Positions 48,651-59,879 are shown, counted from the stretch's first letter. The stretch: DNA of 64,000 bases from Gemmatimonadota bacterium (GCA_030428885.1 JAUIEJ010000011.1:121279-185278), one strand, 5' to 3'. Program-made: numbers and translations. Notes: generated from the letters alone by a model not told the origin.

Positions 48651-51600
48651 ATGCACCTCCGCTCCCGTCGCGCCAGCCGCGTCACCCCCCTCTCCGGCGC
48701 CTTCGCCGCCACCCTCCTGGCCGTCGGCGGCCTCGGCGCCCAGACGCCGGCCCCCATGCCCACGGCCACGGCCTCCGCCGACGCCTTCGCGGCGCTGCGG
48801 TACCGCCACGTGGGTCCGGTGGGCAACCGGGTGAGCGCCGTCACCGGCGTGCCGGGCGACGCCAACGTCTACCTCGTGGGGGCGGCGTCGGGCGGCATCT
48901 GGAAGACCGAGGACGGTGGCCATTCCTGGCGCCCCGTCTTCGACGATCACGGCGTCCAGTCCATCGGCGCCCTGGCCGTGGCTCCCTCCGATCCCGACGT
49001 GGTGTGGGCCGGCACCGGCGAGCCCTTCATCCGCTCCAACGTGAGCCACGGCGCCGGGATCTTCCGCTCCGACGACGGCGGCGAGAGCTGGAACTTCCGG
49101 GGGCTCGAGGCCACGGGCCGCATCGCCCGGGTCGTCGTCCATCCCCACGATCCCGACAAGGTCTGGGTGGCGGCCCTGGGCCACCTCTACGGCGAGCAGG
49201 AGGAGCGGGGCGTCTACCGCACCCTGGACGGCGGCGCGAGCTGGGATCGGGTGCTCCACACCGACGCCGGCACCGGCGCCAGCGACCTCTGGCTCGATCC
49301 CTCCGACCCCGACCACCTCATCGCCGGCCTGTGGACCATGCACATCCGCACCTGGGGCCGGTGGAGCGGGGGCCCGGGGGGCGGGCTCTTCGAGTCCCGC
49401 GACGGCGGGGACACGTGGACCCGCATGGAGGGCAGGGGACTCCCCACGGGCACCGTGGGCAAGATCGGCCTGGCGGGCACCCCGGCGGATCCGGGGCGCA
49501 TCTACGCCCTGATCGAGACCAACTCCAACGCCGACATCGACGACCTGGACTACGAGCACGAGGGCGTGCTCTGGCGGTCCGACGACGGGGGCGCGTCGTG
49601 GGCCATGGTCAACGCCGACCACACCATCGTGCAGCGGCCCCACTACTACAGCCGGGCCACGGTGGCCACCGACGACCCCGACGAGGTGCACTTCCTGGCC
49701 ACCCGCCACTCGGTGAGCCGCGACGGCGGCGTCACCACCCGGGGCGGCGGGGCCGGGGGCGACAACCACGACATGTGGATCGACCCCCTCCTGCCGGACC
49801 GCATGATCGTGGGTCACGACGGGGGCGTGTCCATCTCCACCACTCGGGGGGCGAGCTGGTACCGGCCGCTCCTCCCCATCGCCCAGATGTACCACGTCAC
49901 CGTCGACACCCGGGTGCCCTACTACCTCTACGGCAACCGCCAGGACGGTCCCTCCACCCACGGCCCCTCCAACACCCTTTCGGGCGGCGGCATCGCCATC
50001 GGCGAGTGGCGCTCGGTGGGCGGCTGCGAGAGCGGATGGGCCGTGCCCGACACCGTCTCCAACGACGTGGTGTGGAGCGGCTGCTACGAGGGCATCCTGG
50101 ATCGCCACCGCATCAGCACCGGCCATTCCCGCACCGTCACCGTCTGGCCCGACAACCCCGAGGGGTGGCCCGCCGGCGAACTCCGCTACCGCTTCCAGTG
50201 GACGTTTCCCACGGCCATCAGTCCCCACGACCCCAACACGGTCTACACGGGCAGCCAGCACCTGCACCGCACCACCGACGGCGGCCAGAGCTGGCAGGTC
50301 ATCAGCCCCGACCTCTCCACCGGCACCGATTCGCTGCTCCAGAAGACCGGCGGCCTCACCCCCGACGACGCGAGCCCCACCTACGCCGCCGTGCTCTTCG
50401 CCATCGCCGAGTCGCCCCTGGCCCCCGGCGAGATCTGGGCCGGCACCAACGACGGCAAGCTCCACGTCACCCGGGACGGCGGCGCCACCTGGACCGACCT
50501 GAGCGCCAACGTGCCCGGGCTGCCCCGCTTCTCCACCATCTCGTCCATCGAGCCGTCGCGGCACGTGCCGGGCACGGCCTACCTCGCCGTGGACGCCCAT
50601 CAACTGGGCGACTTCCGCCCCCTGCTGTGGAAGACCGACGACCACGGCGCCACCTGGACCCCCATCGTCGACGGCATCGCCCCGGGCCCCCTCTCGTTCA
50701 CCCACGTGCTCCGGGAAGACCCCCGGCGCCCCGGCCTGCTCTACGCCGGCACCGAAAACGGCCTCTTCGTGTCGTTCGACGACGGCGCGTCATGGGGGCC
50801 GCTCCAGACCAACCTGCCGCCGGCCCCCGTGCACTGGCTCACCATCCAGACCCACTTCAACGACCTGGTGGTGGCCACCTACGGCCGTGGCTTCTGGATC
50901 GCCGACGACGTGACGCCGCTCCAGCAACTCACCCCCGAGATCGTGGCGTCCGACGTCACCCTCTTCGCCCCCCGGCCCGCCTACCGCTTCCTGCGCCGGG
51001 AGTCGGCCTTCACCCAGCCCGGCGACCCCGCCGCCGGCGACAATCCACCGTCGGGCGCGTCGCTGTCGTACTGGCTCGGCCCCGACGCCCGCGACGTGCG
51101 CCTCGAGATCGTGGACGCCGGCGGCCAGGTGGTGGCCCGGGTGAACACCCCGGGCCCCCGGGCCGGGCTCAACCGGGCGTGGTGGGGGCTGAACTACACC
51201 GCGTCCGGGCGCCCCACGCTGCGCACCCAACCCCTGGGCCACAGCCACGTGGAGCTCGCGGGCAACGGCACGCGGAGCGCCCCCGACGGCGGACGGGTGT
51301 CGCCCCAGGCCGTGCCCGGCACCTACACCGTGCGCCTCACGGTGGACGGCGTGGTGCACGAACAGTCGCTGGAGGTCCTCATGGATCCCTCATCGGAGGG
51401 GTCCATGGACGGCATCCGGGCCCAGCACGCCATGCAGCTCGAACTGCGGGGCGAAGCCGACCGGGTGGTGGCGGCGGTGGATTCCCTGGAGGTGTGGCGG
51501 GCCGAATTCCACGCCCGCCGCGACGCCGGAGGACTGGGTCCGGAGCAGGCCGCCCTACTGGCCGAGCTCGACGCCCTCACCCACACCCTCTACGACCTGC

Positions 51601-51848
51601 GCCTGTCCGGAGGCTCGGCGGGCCAGGACGGCCTGCGGTGGCCCCGGCAACTGTTCGCCAAGATCACGAGCCTCGCGGGCTACATATCCGGCACCGACTT
51701 CCGCCCCACGGACCAGGCCCGGGAGGTGCACGTGATCTACCAGGAGCGACTGCGGGAGGTGGAGGCCGAGGTGGCCCGCCTCCGGGCACGGGTCCGGGGC
51801 ATCGCCGATGGGGAGTCCCCCGAAAACTCGGTCGGAGGCACCTCGTGA
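48651..51848 (+). CDS. secreted VPS10/BNR-repeat beta-propeller protein (glycosyl hydrolase-like)
   Basis: Signal peptide, [10 protein letters not shown], repeated S/T-x-D-G-G-x-S/T-W (BNR) motifs. Confidence 0.88.
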   Translation: MHLRSRRASRVTPLSGAFAATLLAVGGLGAQTPAPMPTATASADAFAALRYRHVGPVGNRVSAVTGVPGDANVYLVGAASGGIWKTEDGGHSWRPVFDDHGVQSIGALAVAPSDPDVVWAGTGEPFIRSNVSHGAGIFRSDDGGESWNFRGLEATGRIARVVVHPHDPDKVWVAALGHLYGEQEERGVYRTLDGGASWDRVLHTDAGTGASDLWLDPSDPDHLIAGLWTMHIRTWGRWSGGPGGGLFESRDGGDTWTRMEGRGLPTGTVGKIGLAGTPADPGRIYALIETNSNADIDDLDYEHEGVLWRSDDGGASWAMVNADHTIVQRPHYYSRATVATDDPDEVHFLATRHSVSRDGGVTTRGGGAGGDNHDMWIDPLLPDRMIVGHDGGVSISTTRGASWYRPLLPIAQMYHVTVDTRVPYYLYGNRQDGPSTHGPSNTLSGGGIAIGEWRSVGGCESGWAVPDTVSNDVVWSGCYEGILDRHRISTGHSRTVTVWPDNPEGWPAGELRYRFQWTFPTAISPHDPNTVYTGSQHLHRTTDGGQSWQVISPDLSTGTDSLLQKTGGLTPDDASPTYAAVLFAIAESPLAPGEIWAGTNDGKLHVTRDGGATWTDLSANVPGLPRFSTISSIEPSRHVPGTAYLAVDAHQLGDFRPLLWKTDDHGATWTPIVDGIAPGPLSFTHVLREDPRRPGLLYAGTENGLFVSFDDGASWGPLQTNLPPAPVHWLTIQTHFNDLVVATYGRGFWIADDVTPLQQLTPEIVASDVTLFAPRPAYRFLRRESAFTQPGDPAAGDNPPSGASLSYWLGPDARDVRLEIVDAGGQVVARVNTPGPRAGLNRAWWGLNYTASGRPTLRTQPLGHSHVELAGNGTRSAPDGGRVSPQAVPGTYTVRLTVDGVVHEQSLEVLMDPSSEGSMDGIRAQHAMQLELRGEADRVVAAVDSLEVWRAEFHARRDAGGLGPEQAALLAELDALTHTLYDLRLSGGSAGQDGLRWPRQLFAKITSLAGYISGTDFRPTDQAREVHVIYQERLREVEAEVARLRARVRGIADGESPENSVGGTS

Positions 51849-53086
51849 AGGGCGACGGCATTCCCGATTTCCACGTGGCGTCGGAGGTGGGCACCCTGCG
51901 CCGGGTGCTCCTCCATCGGCCCGACCTGAGCCTCCAGCGCCTGACGCCGTCCAACCGGCACCGCTTCCTCTTCGACGAGGTCTTGTGGGTGCGCCGGGCT
52001 CGGGAGGACCACGACGCCTTCGCCGACGTCCTGGAGGAACGGGGCGCCGAGGTGCTCCATCTGTCCGATCTCCTGGCCGAGACCCTGGACGATCCCGAGG
52101 CCCGGACGTGGGTGCTGGACGAGCGGGTGTCGGAGGCCCAGTTCGGCACGTTCCACGGCGACCTCCGCAAGGCCCTGGGCGGCATGCCGTCCGAATCCCT
52201 GGCCGAGCACCTCATCGGCGGCCTCACCTTCGGCGAGCTCTCCTTCCGGCCCACGGGACTCTGGGCCGCCGCCGCCGAAGAGACGGATTTCGTGCTCCCG
52301 CCCTTGCCGAACCACCTGTTCACCCGCGACCCCTCGGCGTGGATCTACGGCGGCGTCATGATCTCGGCCATGGCCCATCCGGCCCGCTGGCGCGAGACGG
52401 TGCATCTCAAGGCCATCTACCGCTTCCACCCCCGCTTCCGCAGCGCCGACTTCCACGTCTGGCTCGACGGCGAGGCCCACGAGCCCCTCCCGTCCACCAT
52501 CGAGGGTGGCGACGTGCTGGTGGTGGGCAACGGCACCGTGCTGGTGGGTCTCAGCGAGCGCACCGACGGCCACGCCGTGGATCTCCTGGCCCGCCGCCTC
52601 TTCGAGAAGAACGCGGCCCGCCGGGTCATCGCCGTGCGCCTGCCCCGGGTGCGGGCGTACATGCACCTCGACACGGTCATGACCATGGTGGATCGGGACG
52701 CCTTCTGCGTCTTCCCCGAGGTGGTGGACCGCATGAGGGCGTGGAGCCTGCGCCCCCGGGTTGACGACGACGGCCGCATCGACCTGGAAGTCACCGAAGA
52801 GAAGGGACTCTTCGACGCCCTGGCCGACGCCCTGGACGTGGATCGGGTCCGGGTCCTCACCACCGGCGGCGACCAGTACCAGGCCGAGCGGGAGCAGTGG
52901 GACGACGGCAACAACCTCCTGACCCTGGCCCCCGGCGTGGTGGTGGCCTACGACCGCAACGTCGACACCAACGCCCGGCTGCAGCGGGCCGGCATCGAGG
53001 TCATCACCATTCCCGGCAGCGAACTGGGGCGGGGCAGGGGCGGGGCCCGGTGCATGAGCTGCCCCATCGCCCGGGACGCCGTGTGA
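51845..53086 (+). CDS. arcA: arginine deiminase
   Basis: [55 protein letters not shown]. Confidence 0.96.
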   Translation: MKGDGIPDFHVASEVGTLRRVLLHRPDLSLQRLTPSNRHRFLFDEVLWVRRAREDHDAFADVLEERGAEVLHLSDLLAETLDDPEARTWVLDERVSEAQFGTFHGDLRKALGGMPSESLAEHLIGGLTFGELSFRPTGLWAAAAEETDFVLPPLPNHLFTRDPSAWIYGGVMISAMAHPARWRETVHLKAIYRFHPRFRSADFHVWLDGEAHEPLPSTIEGGDVLVVGNGTVLVGLSERTDGHAVDLLARRLFEKNAARRVIAVRLPRVRAYMHLDTVMTMVDRDAFCVFPEVVDRMRAWSLRPRVDDDGRIDLEVTEEKGLFDALADALDVDRVRVLTTGGDQYQAEREQWDDGNNLLTLAPGVVVAYDRNVDTNARLQRAGIEVITIPGSELGRGRGGARCMSCPIARDAV

Positions 53087-53099
53087 GCCCGAGCTCGCC

Positions 53100-54008
53100 G
53101 TGACCCTGGTCGTGGCCGCCCTGGGCGGCAACGCGCTCCTGCGCCGGGGCGAACCCCAGACCCTGGAGGCCCAGGAGGCCAACGCCCTCCGGGCCTGCCG
53201 GGCCCTGGCCGAGATGGCCCAGGACCACGACCTGGTGGTCACCCACGGCAACGGGCCCCAGGTGGGGCTCGCGGCCCTGCGCAGCGAGGCCGGGGGCCAT
53301 CACCCCCAACCCCTGGACGTCCTGGGCGCCGAGACCGAGGGCCTGATCGGCTACCTGCTGGAACGGGGCCTGCGATCCGTGCTCCCGGGCCGGGCCGTGG
53401 CGGCCCTCCTCACCCAGGTCGAAGTCGACCGGGGCGACCCGGCCTTCCACGAGCCCACCAAACCCATCGGCCCGCTCTACGACGAGGCCGCCGCGCGCCG
53501 TATCGCCGACGAACGAGGCTGGTCCATCGCCCCCGACGGCCACGGCTGGCGGCGGGTCGTGCCCTCGCCCTCGCCCCAGGGCATTCTCGAGCTCGAGGCG
53601 ATCCGGGTGTTGGTGGACCGGGGCGTGATCCCCATCTGTGCCGGGGGCGGCGGCGTGCCCGTGATCATCGACGCCGACGGCCGGGTCCACGGGGTGGAGG
53701 GGGTGGTGGACAAGGACGCCACGGCGGCCCTCCTGGCGCGCCAGCTCCAGGCCGACCTCCTCCTGCTCCTCACCGACGTGGAGGGGGTGCTGGTCGACTA
53801 CGGCACCCCCGCCCAGCGCCTACTCCGCCACACGACCCCCGCCGAACTCCGCTCCATGGGACTCCCGGCAGGCTCCATGGGCCCCAAAGCCGAAGCCTGC
53901 GCCCGCTTCGTCGAGGCCACCGGTGGCCGGGCCGCCATCGGACGCCTGCGGGACGCCGTGGCGGTGGCCCGGGGGGAGGCCGGAACGCAGATCGGCGCTC
54001 TCCCGTAG
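53100..54008 (+). CDS. arcC: carbamate kinase
   Basis: VVAALGGNALL, THGNGPQVG, PTKPIGP, RRVVPSP, GGGGVPV, VDKD, GSMGPK. Confidence 0.95.
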   Translation: MTLVVAALGGNALLRRGEPQTLEAQEANALRACRALAEMAQDHDLVVTHGNGPQVGLAALRSEAGGHHPQPLDVLGAETEGLIGYLLERGLRSVLPGRAVAALLTQVEVDRGDPAFHEPTKPIGPLYDEAAARRIADERGWSIAPDGHGWRRVVPSPSPQGILELEAIRVLVDRGVIPICAGGGGVPVIIDADGRVHGVEGVVDKDATAALLARQLQADLLLLLTDVEGVLVDYGTPAQRLLRHTTPAELRSMGLPAGSMGPKAEACARFVEATGGRAAIGRLRDAVAVARGEAGTQIGALP

Positions 54009-54040
54009 GCGGCCAGGGGCCTTCTCAGCCCCCCCTTCGG

Positions 54041-54218
54041 CGGGCATGATCCGGCAATGAAGGTCGCGCCGCAGTTCACATCCGGATCTTCATTCACATA
54101 CGGGCAAGATCCGGATCTCAACGAAGGCCGGGCCGGTTCATTGCCGGATCTTCGTTCACGTTCCGGGCATGATCCGGATCTCGTCCCCGAGTGGAGCACG
54201 AGATCCGGATTGTGCCCG
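54041..54218. repeat. array of three ~60-bp palindromic units (REP-like)
   Basis: CGGGCAWGATCCGG at 54041, 54101 and 54164, plus an inverted copy ending at 54218. Lies between convergent genes. Confidence 0.75.
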
Positions 54219-54245
54219 CCCCCGCGGGGGGTGAGCCCGCGCCCC

Positions 54246-54830
54246 TCACCCACTCCAGGGCGGCACGACGTGGTTGGTCCGGGCGTAGGCGATGAGCTGG
54301 CCCAGGTGCTCGTGCATGTCGCCGATGGCCGCGGCGATGGCGGCCTCCAGCATCATGGAGGTGCCGAACCAGTTCGACGGGCCGTGGAGCTGCTCGGGGG
54401 TGAGGCTCGACACCGATTCGATCATGAAGTCGAAGCCGGTCTCCAACTCGGCGATGGCGGCATCGGGCTCGAGGGCGCCGACGCGCGCAATCTCGGGGCC
54501 GAATCCCTGGGCGGCCTGCGACGGCGCCTCGAATCCCCACATCGTCGGAAAGAGATGGACCTCGGCCACCATGAGGTCGACGACGTCTTTCACGGAGCGC
54601 ACGCCCTCCATGGGCCGCCACTCCATCTGATCGGCGTCGAAGGCCCGGGCCAGGGAGACGAACTTCGTCTTCATGGTCTCCAGGTCCTGGACCTGCTGGG
54701 CCGCGGTGCCCATGGGCTCCTGGGCGGCGGCGGGGTCGGGAGAGGCCACGAACGCGGCCAGGGTCACGGCGAGGCCGGCGAGGCGCGCGGGGCGCAGGGC
54801 CGGTAAGGAGATTCGGTCGAACACGGTCAT
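54246..54830 (-). CDS. DinB family protein with signal peptide
   Basis: WRPMEGVRSV, DMHEHLGQLIAYARTNHVVPPWS. Confidence 0.85.
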   Translation of the reverse strand: MTVFDRISLPALRPARLAGLAVTLAAFVASPDPAAAQEPMGTAAQQVQDLETMKTKFVSLARAFDADQMEWRPMEGVRSVKDVVDLMVAEVHLFPTMWGFEAPSQAAQGFGPEIARVGALEPDAAIAELETGFDFMIESVSSLTPEQLHGPSNWFGTSMMLEAAIAAAIGDMHEHLGQLIAYARTNHVVPPWSG

Positions 54831-54938
54831 GGTCACCACTCGTCTACGATCGGGAGGCACGGTGCACGCGAGCGGTGCCGCCCTCCCGTCCCCGGCACCA
54901 CCCGCCACGGAGTCCCATACTCCCGGAAGCCGGAACCC

Positions 54939-55337
54939 TTACCCGGACCGGGCGGCGTTGGCCCGGATGGCCGTCGCCACGAAGGCCGCCAGACCGGGCT
55001 CCTGATCGTCGTAGTGGGCCCGGAAGCGCGGGTCGGCCTCGTACATGTCGGCGAGTCCCACGTGCATGGCCGGCGGGCAGTCGTAGAACCAGCGATGGAT
55101 GTGGAGCCGGGCCGCCTCGGCGAGGCGCATGGCCGCCTCTCCGTCGGCCTCGGCGCCGGAGCGCAGGAGCGCGGCGAAGGCCGCCTCGTTGTCGGCGCCG
55201 GCCTTCTTGATCTGGGCCCACTCCTGGGGGCCGTAGCTCTTCGTGCGCCGCTGGGACTGGCGCCAGGCTTCGGCCTGCCCCCAGCGGGACTCGGCTTCCT
55301 TCTGGAGTTCGGGGTCGTGCTCGCGGGTATCGCTCAT
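54939..55337 (-). CDS. TipAS antibiotic-recognition domain protein (no MerR HTH)
   Basis: EAESRWG..AWRQSQRR, HIHRWFYDC, LADMYEADPRF..YD..PGLAAFVA.AI.AN. Confidence 0.85.
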   Translation of the reverse strand: MSDTREHDPELQKEAESRWGQAEAWRQSQRRTKSYGPQEWAQIKKAGADNEAAFAALLRSGAEADGEAAMRLAEAARLHIHRWFYDCPPAMHVGLADMYEADPRFRAHYDDQEPGLAAFVATAIRANAARSG

Positions 55338-55375
55338 GGTCTGCTCTCGACTGGGGAAAGGGGACCTCCGACCTC

Positions 55376-55406
55376 AGTCTCGAGCCTGACGTTGCGTAAG
55401 GGTCAA
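55376..55406 (-). promoter_or_regulatory. MerR/TipA-type promoter-operator
   Basis: Minus strand TTGACC-19 bp-GAGACT with dyad CCTTACG-CAA-CGTCAGG across the spacer. The 19-bp spacer is the MerR-promoter hallmark. Confidence 0.7.
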
Positions 55407-56113
55407 GGGCGGGTCCGACGGCGGGGCACGAACACGCCCACGACGGCCGTCGCCCGCCGCAGCGCGCCCCCGAAAGCGCGGGTGGCGGAATCGCACTGAG
55501 CCACCGACTGCTCCAGGGCGCTCACCGCGGCCGTCGCCGCCGCGCCGCCCCGCACCCCCGCCCGGCTACCCGCGTAGCGGTCGTTCGCCTTCTGGAGCTC
55601 GACGAGGCATGCCTGGAGGTCCTCGTTGAGTTGGGCGACCGAAGCGAGCCAGTTCTCCATGGCGTCGTAGTAGGCCGCGACCTGGGCCGGGTCGGTGGGA
55701 GCCACCGGAGGCTCGGGCTCCATCCGCTCCAGTTCGTCGAGCCGCTCCTCCAGCGCCCGACAGGCGTCGGCCTGGTCGCTCACCTCCTGAATGGCCGCGC
55801 CCACGTCGTCCAGCGCCCCCTGGACGTTCTGGACGGCCAGAGCCACGGTGGGCATGACGGTGGCCTCCAGGATCGCCACCGCCGCCGTCCGCCGGTCCGG
55901 GTCGGTGACCCCGCGCCGGAACGCGACCTGCTGCCACATCGCCCCGACCTCGGTGGGCGACGACCCCGAGCGGATGGTCCGGGCCACGGCGTCCCGATCC
56001 CGGGTCGAGATCCGATCCTGCCCCACGAGCGGCGGAGCGGCGATCAACGACGCCAGCACGAGCAGGGCCCAGCGGCTTCCCGGGCCCGAGGTGGGAAGGG
56101 TGGGCTCGCCCAT
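55403..56113 (-). CDS. hypothetical secreted coiled-coil protein
   Basis: Signal-like hydrophobic segment and long amphipathic helices. Confidence 0.5.
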   Translation of the reverse strand: MGEPTLPTSGPGSRWALLVLASLIAAPPLVGQDRISTRDRDAVARTIRSGSSPTEVGAMWQQVAFRRGVTDPDRRTAAVAILEATVMPTVALAVQNVQGALDDVGAAIQEVSDQADACRALEERLDELERMEPEPPVAPTDPAQVAAYYDAMENWLASVAQLNEDLQACLVELQKANDRYAGSRAGVRGGAAATAAVSALEQSVAQCDSATRAFGGALRRATAVVGVFVPRRRTRP

Positions 56114-56202
56114 GCGTCGATCTCCGTTGGGGTGCGTTCCGAGGCTCTCACTTGGTCAAGCGAGGTCCCGGGCCCCGGGGGCGCACCCCCGGGGCGGCGA
56201 CC

Positions 56203-59200
56203 TCACGTGATGGGCCGCGGCGCCGTCCATTCCCACAGGATCCGTCCGCGCCCCGCCAACAGGTCGTTCAACCGCGTGACGGCGCCGTCGAGGATCGCCT
56301 GGAGTTCCTGGGCCCGCTCCTGCATTTCGGCTTCCACGGCCTCCATGACCTCGAGTTGTCCCGCGGTGGGCCGCGCCTGGGCTCCACCGATCCCCCGGGC
56401 CACGAACGAGAGCTGCTCGTCGAGCCGCGGGTACTGGCGGTAGCCCATGTCCGGGGGAGGGCGGGTGAGGTGGTCGTCCTTGAGGGTGCCGAGCTCGGAA
56501 CGGGCCGTGTCGCTCAGGGCCCGGATCCGGTCCAGGTCCGACAGGTCCTTGCCGTCCAGGGCGTCTTCCAGGTTGTCGATCTGGCTCATGACGTCGTCCA
56601 CCACGCCGGTCATGCCCCGCATACGGCTCTGGAGCTCCCGGGCGTGGAGGGCGGCGGCCAGCCGCGCCGCGTAGTCGGCCGCGCTGGTCTCCACCTCCGG
56701 GTCACCGCGCACGTCGAACGACGCCGACAGCTCCTGGCCGTCCATGACGAGGGTCGCCGTGTAGCGTCCCGGGGCCGCCTCCGGACCGCCACCGCCGAAT
56801 CCTCCGAAACCGCCCCCCGCCGCGCCCTGGGGACCGTCCCAGTTCAGGTCCCAGATGGCCCGGTTCACTCCGGCCCGGGCGTCGCCGTCGCGGAACGTCC
56901 GCACCAGGGTGCCCGACGCGTCGGTGATGCGCACGTCCACGGGACCCGCCGGATCGGCGGCGAGCCAGTAGTTGAGATACGCGCCGTCTTCGGGGTTTTC
57001 GCCCCGATAGACCGACTGACCCAGGTTGGAGTCCCGTCCCCAGTTCTCCCACAGCGTGGCCGTGCGTACCGGGAACACGAACCGGTCGTTCGTCATGGCC
57101 TCGGCCAGATGCTCCAGGGGCGAGAGGTCGTCCAGGATGAACGCGCCCCGTCCGTGGGTGCCGATGACCAGGTCGTTGTAGCGGGGCTCGATCTTGATCC
57201 CCCGCACCGACACCCGGGGCAGGTTCAGGCGCAGATCGACCCACGTCCGCCCGCGGTCCCACGATGCCTGGAGTCCCCGCTCCATGCCCACGAAGAGCAG
57301 GTCCGGCTGCCGCGGGTGCTGGCGCACGACCTTGGCGTAGTCGTCCTGGGGCAGGCCCGCCGAGAGGTCGCGCCAGGTGGCGCCGTAGTCCCGGGTCTCC
57401 CAGACATGGGGCGCGAAGTCGTCCATGCGGTGGTTATCCACCGCCACGAAGGCGACCCCCGGTTCGGAAGGCGAGGCCTCGATGTTTCCGACCCAGGCCT
57501 CGGCCGGCAGCCCGGGCACGTTGTCCCGCACGTTGGACCACGTCTCTCCGCCGTCCCGCGTGACCTGGAGATTGCCGTCGTCGGTACCCACCCAGATGAC
57601 GCCGGCTTCCACCGGTGACTCGGCCACGGTCAGGATCGTGGTGTGGAACTCCGCCGCCGTGTTGTCGTTGTAGATCTCGCCGCCCGAGTCCCGCTGCTTC
57701 TCGGGATCGTCGGTCGTGAGGTCGGGGCTGATGACGCTCCAGGTGTAACCGTAGTCCCGGCTCCGGAAGAGCACGTTGCCGCCCCAGTAGACCGTGGCCG
57801 GATCGTGGGGTGAGATGTGGATGGGCGCGTCCCAGTTGAAGCGGTACCGGGCCTGGAACATGCCCTGGCCCTGGGATCCCACCATCCACGGATACGGCTC
57901 GATGGAGCGGGTCTGCCCCGAGCGGGTGTCGGTGATGCGGAAGTAGCCGCCCTGGGCGTTGGAATAGACGAGCCACGGCTGCCCCGGCACGGGCACGGTA
58001 TAGAACCCGTCGCCGCCGCTCACCGTGTACCACTCGTCTTCCAGGATCATGCCCTGCCGCATCCGCGACGGCCCGCACCAGTTGCCGTTGTCCTGGAGTC
58101 CCCCACACACCCAGTACGGATCCCGGTCGTCGACGAAGATGTGATAGAACTGGCTCAGCACGACGTTGCGCCAGATGTGGAAGTTGTCGCCCCCGTCGAG
58201 GCTGACCTGATAGCCGCCGTCGCTGCCCGAGAGGATCCGGTCGCCGTCCATGGGATCGATCCAATAGGACTGGTGATCGCCGTGCACGTCGTTGGCGATG
58301 CGCTGGAACGTGCGGCCCCCGTCGGTGGACTTGGACAGACGTCCCGACAGCGTGTAGAGCGTGTTCTCGTCGCTGGGGTCGACGTAGATGTCGGAATAGT
58401 AGAAGGGCCGGAAGTTGAGATTCCGGTCGTCGTTCACGAACTCCCACGTCTCGCCATAGTCGTCGCTCCGAAAGAGGGTCCCCGCCGTGGGGAACTCGGT
58501 CAGGAGATAGACGACGTTGGGACTCGACTGAGCCACCGCGAGCCCGGGCCGGGCCATGGCCTCGTCGGGGGTCGTGGTGATCTTCCGCCACGAATCGCCG
58601 CCGTCGCGGGACACGTAGAGCGCGGTCTCCCGGCCCCCGTCGTCGAAGCGCCAGGGCCGGCGCCGATGGGTCCACATGCCCGCGTACACGTTGCGGGGGT
58701 TGGACAGATCGAGATCCAGGTCGGCGCAGCCCGTGTCGTCGTCGATGGCCAGGACGTGGTCCCACGTGGCGCCCCCGTCGGTGGTCTTGAAGACGCCGCG
58801 CTCCGCGTTGGGACCCCACTGCCGACCCAGGGCGCACACCAGGGCCACGTCGGGGTCGTCGGGGTGCACCACGATGCGCTTGATGCGCTCGGTGCCCTCG
58901 AGGCCCAGGTGCGCCCACGTGCTCCCGCCGTCTGTGGAGCGCCAGACCCCGAGCCCGTACGACACGGAGTTGCGGGGATCGCCCTCACCCGAGCCGAGCC
59001 AGACCACGTTGGCGTCGGAGGGAGCCACGGCCACGGCCCCCACGGAGTAGGCCTCCTCGTCCTGCCACTGGGCCTCGAAGGTGGTCCCGCCGTTGGTGGT
59101 CTTCCACAACCCGCCGTCGGCGCCCCCGACCCAGAACGTCTTGGGGTCGCCCGGGATTCCCGCCACGGCCGTGACGCGCCCCCCCATGTTGGCCGGCCCG

Positions 59201-59367
59201 ATCTCCCGGAACCGCAGGCCGTCCAGGGCCTGGGCGATGTCGGAGGGGGCGGGGCCGCTCTGGGCCACGAGCGGGGTGGGGGAGGGGAGGGCGAGAAGGG
59301 CGGCCGCCAGGGCCGCCGTCAGGAGAGGCGTGCGACGGACGAGCCGCCGACCAGGGGACCACGACAT
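56203..59367 (-). CDS. secreted VPS10/BNR-repeat beta-propeller protein (glycosyl hydrolase-like)
   Basis: Real start taken as MSWSPGRR (59367). REIGPANMGGRV and many S/T-x-D-G-G-x-T-W motifs. Same architecture as 48651..51848. Confidence 0.88.
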   Translation of the reverse strand: MSWSPGRRLVRRTPLLTAALAAALLALPSPTPLVAQSGPAPSDIAQALDGLRFREIGPANMGGRVTAVAGIPGDPKTFWVGGADGGLWKTTNGGTTFEAQWQDEEAYSVGAVAVAPSDANVVWLGSGEGDPRNSVSYGLGVWRSTDGGSTWAHLGLEGTERIKRIVVHPDDPDVALVCALGRQWGPNAERGVFKTTDGGATWDHVLAIDDDTGCADLDLDLSNPRNVYAGMWTHRRRPWRFDDGGRETALYVSRDGGDSWRKITTTPDEAMARPGLAVAQSSPNVVYLLTEFPTAGTLFRSDDYGETWEFVNDDRNLNFRPFYYSDIYVDPSDENTLYTLSGRLSKSTDGGRTFQRIANDVHGDHQSYWIDPMDGDRILSGSDGGYQVSLDGGDNFHIWRNVVLSQFYHIFVDDRDPYWVCGGLQDNGNWCGPSRMRQGMILEDEWYTVSGGDGFYTVPVPGQPWLVYSNAQGGYFRITDTRSGQTRSIEPYPWMVGSQGQGMFQARYRFNWDAPIHISPHDPATVYWGGNVLFRSRDYGYTWSVISPDLTTDDPEKQRDSGGEIYNDNTAAEFHTTILTVAESPVEAGVIWVGTDDGNLQVTRDGGETWSNVRDNVPGLPAEAWVGNIEASPSEPGVAFVAVDNHRMDDFAPHVWETRDYGATWRDLSAGLPQDDYAKVVRQHPRQPDLLFVGMERGLQASWDRGRTWVDLRLNLPRVSVRGIKIEPRYNDLVIGTHGRGAFILDDLSPLEHLAEAMTNDRFVFPVRTATLWENWGRDSNLGQSVYRGENPEDGAYLNYWLAADPAGPVDVRITDASGTLVRTFRDGDARAGVNRAIWDLNWDGPQGAAGGGFGGFGGGGPEAAPGRYTATLVMDGQELSASFDVRGDPEVETSAADYAARLAAALHARELQSRMRGMTGVVDDVMSQIDNLEDALDGKDLSDLDRIRALSDTARSELGTLKDDHLTRPPPDMGYRQYPRLDEQLSFVARGIGGAQARPTAGQLEVMEAVEAEMQERAQELQAILDGAVTRLNDLLAGRGRILWEWTAPRPIT

Positions 59368-59879
59368 GCGGCAAACCTCCAGGTACGAGACGACGCGGAG
59401 CACCGTGCTCCGGCGAGCCCGCCTGTTCACCGCCCACGATCCGCGCCGCCACGGGGGCGGGCTGCCGGGTATTGTGGGGTCGAGGGGGCGGGGGGGCAAA
59501 GCGGGGGTGGGCGCCAGCCGCCCCGGCCATGGAGCGCGAGGGTTGCGGGAAGGGTGTTCGGTGCGGTAGATGAGGGTAGCCGCCACAGGGCCGCCGGCTC
59601 TGGACACGGGCTTCATGAGGCGGTGGGGGCTAACCTTCCCTCGCGTGGTGGTCGGCAACAGATGTTCGCCGGCATCTGTCAAAGGGTGGTTCGTTGGGAG
59701 GTCCAGGCGGTGGTCCCCAATTGCGTTCTGGGCCGACTCACGTGCAGATTCGCCAAGACTGCATCGGGCGTGAAGGAAATGCGTCACAAGTCGGGATACG
59801 GCAGTCATTGGCTGGGATTCCGACCTAGGCCGTGGAGCACTATCACTAGCTAGGCGGTGGGTCGGACCTAGGGGGAGAG

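Noticed and set aside
54041-54218. Possible mini CRISPR array
   Set aside because: The would-be spacers resemble each other and are self-complementary, the repeats are degenerate, and there are no cas genes. Kept as a palindromic repeat instead.
59540-59879. Possible ncRNA in the leader of the 2TM-beta gene (CCGACC/GGTCGG pairing, two GACCTAGG copies)
   Set aside because: The pairing is short and could be chance. There is no recognisable RNA family and no covariation data.
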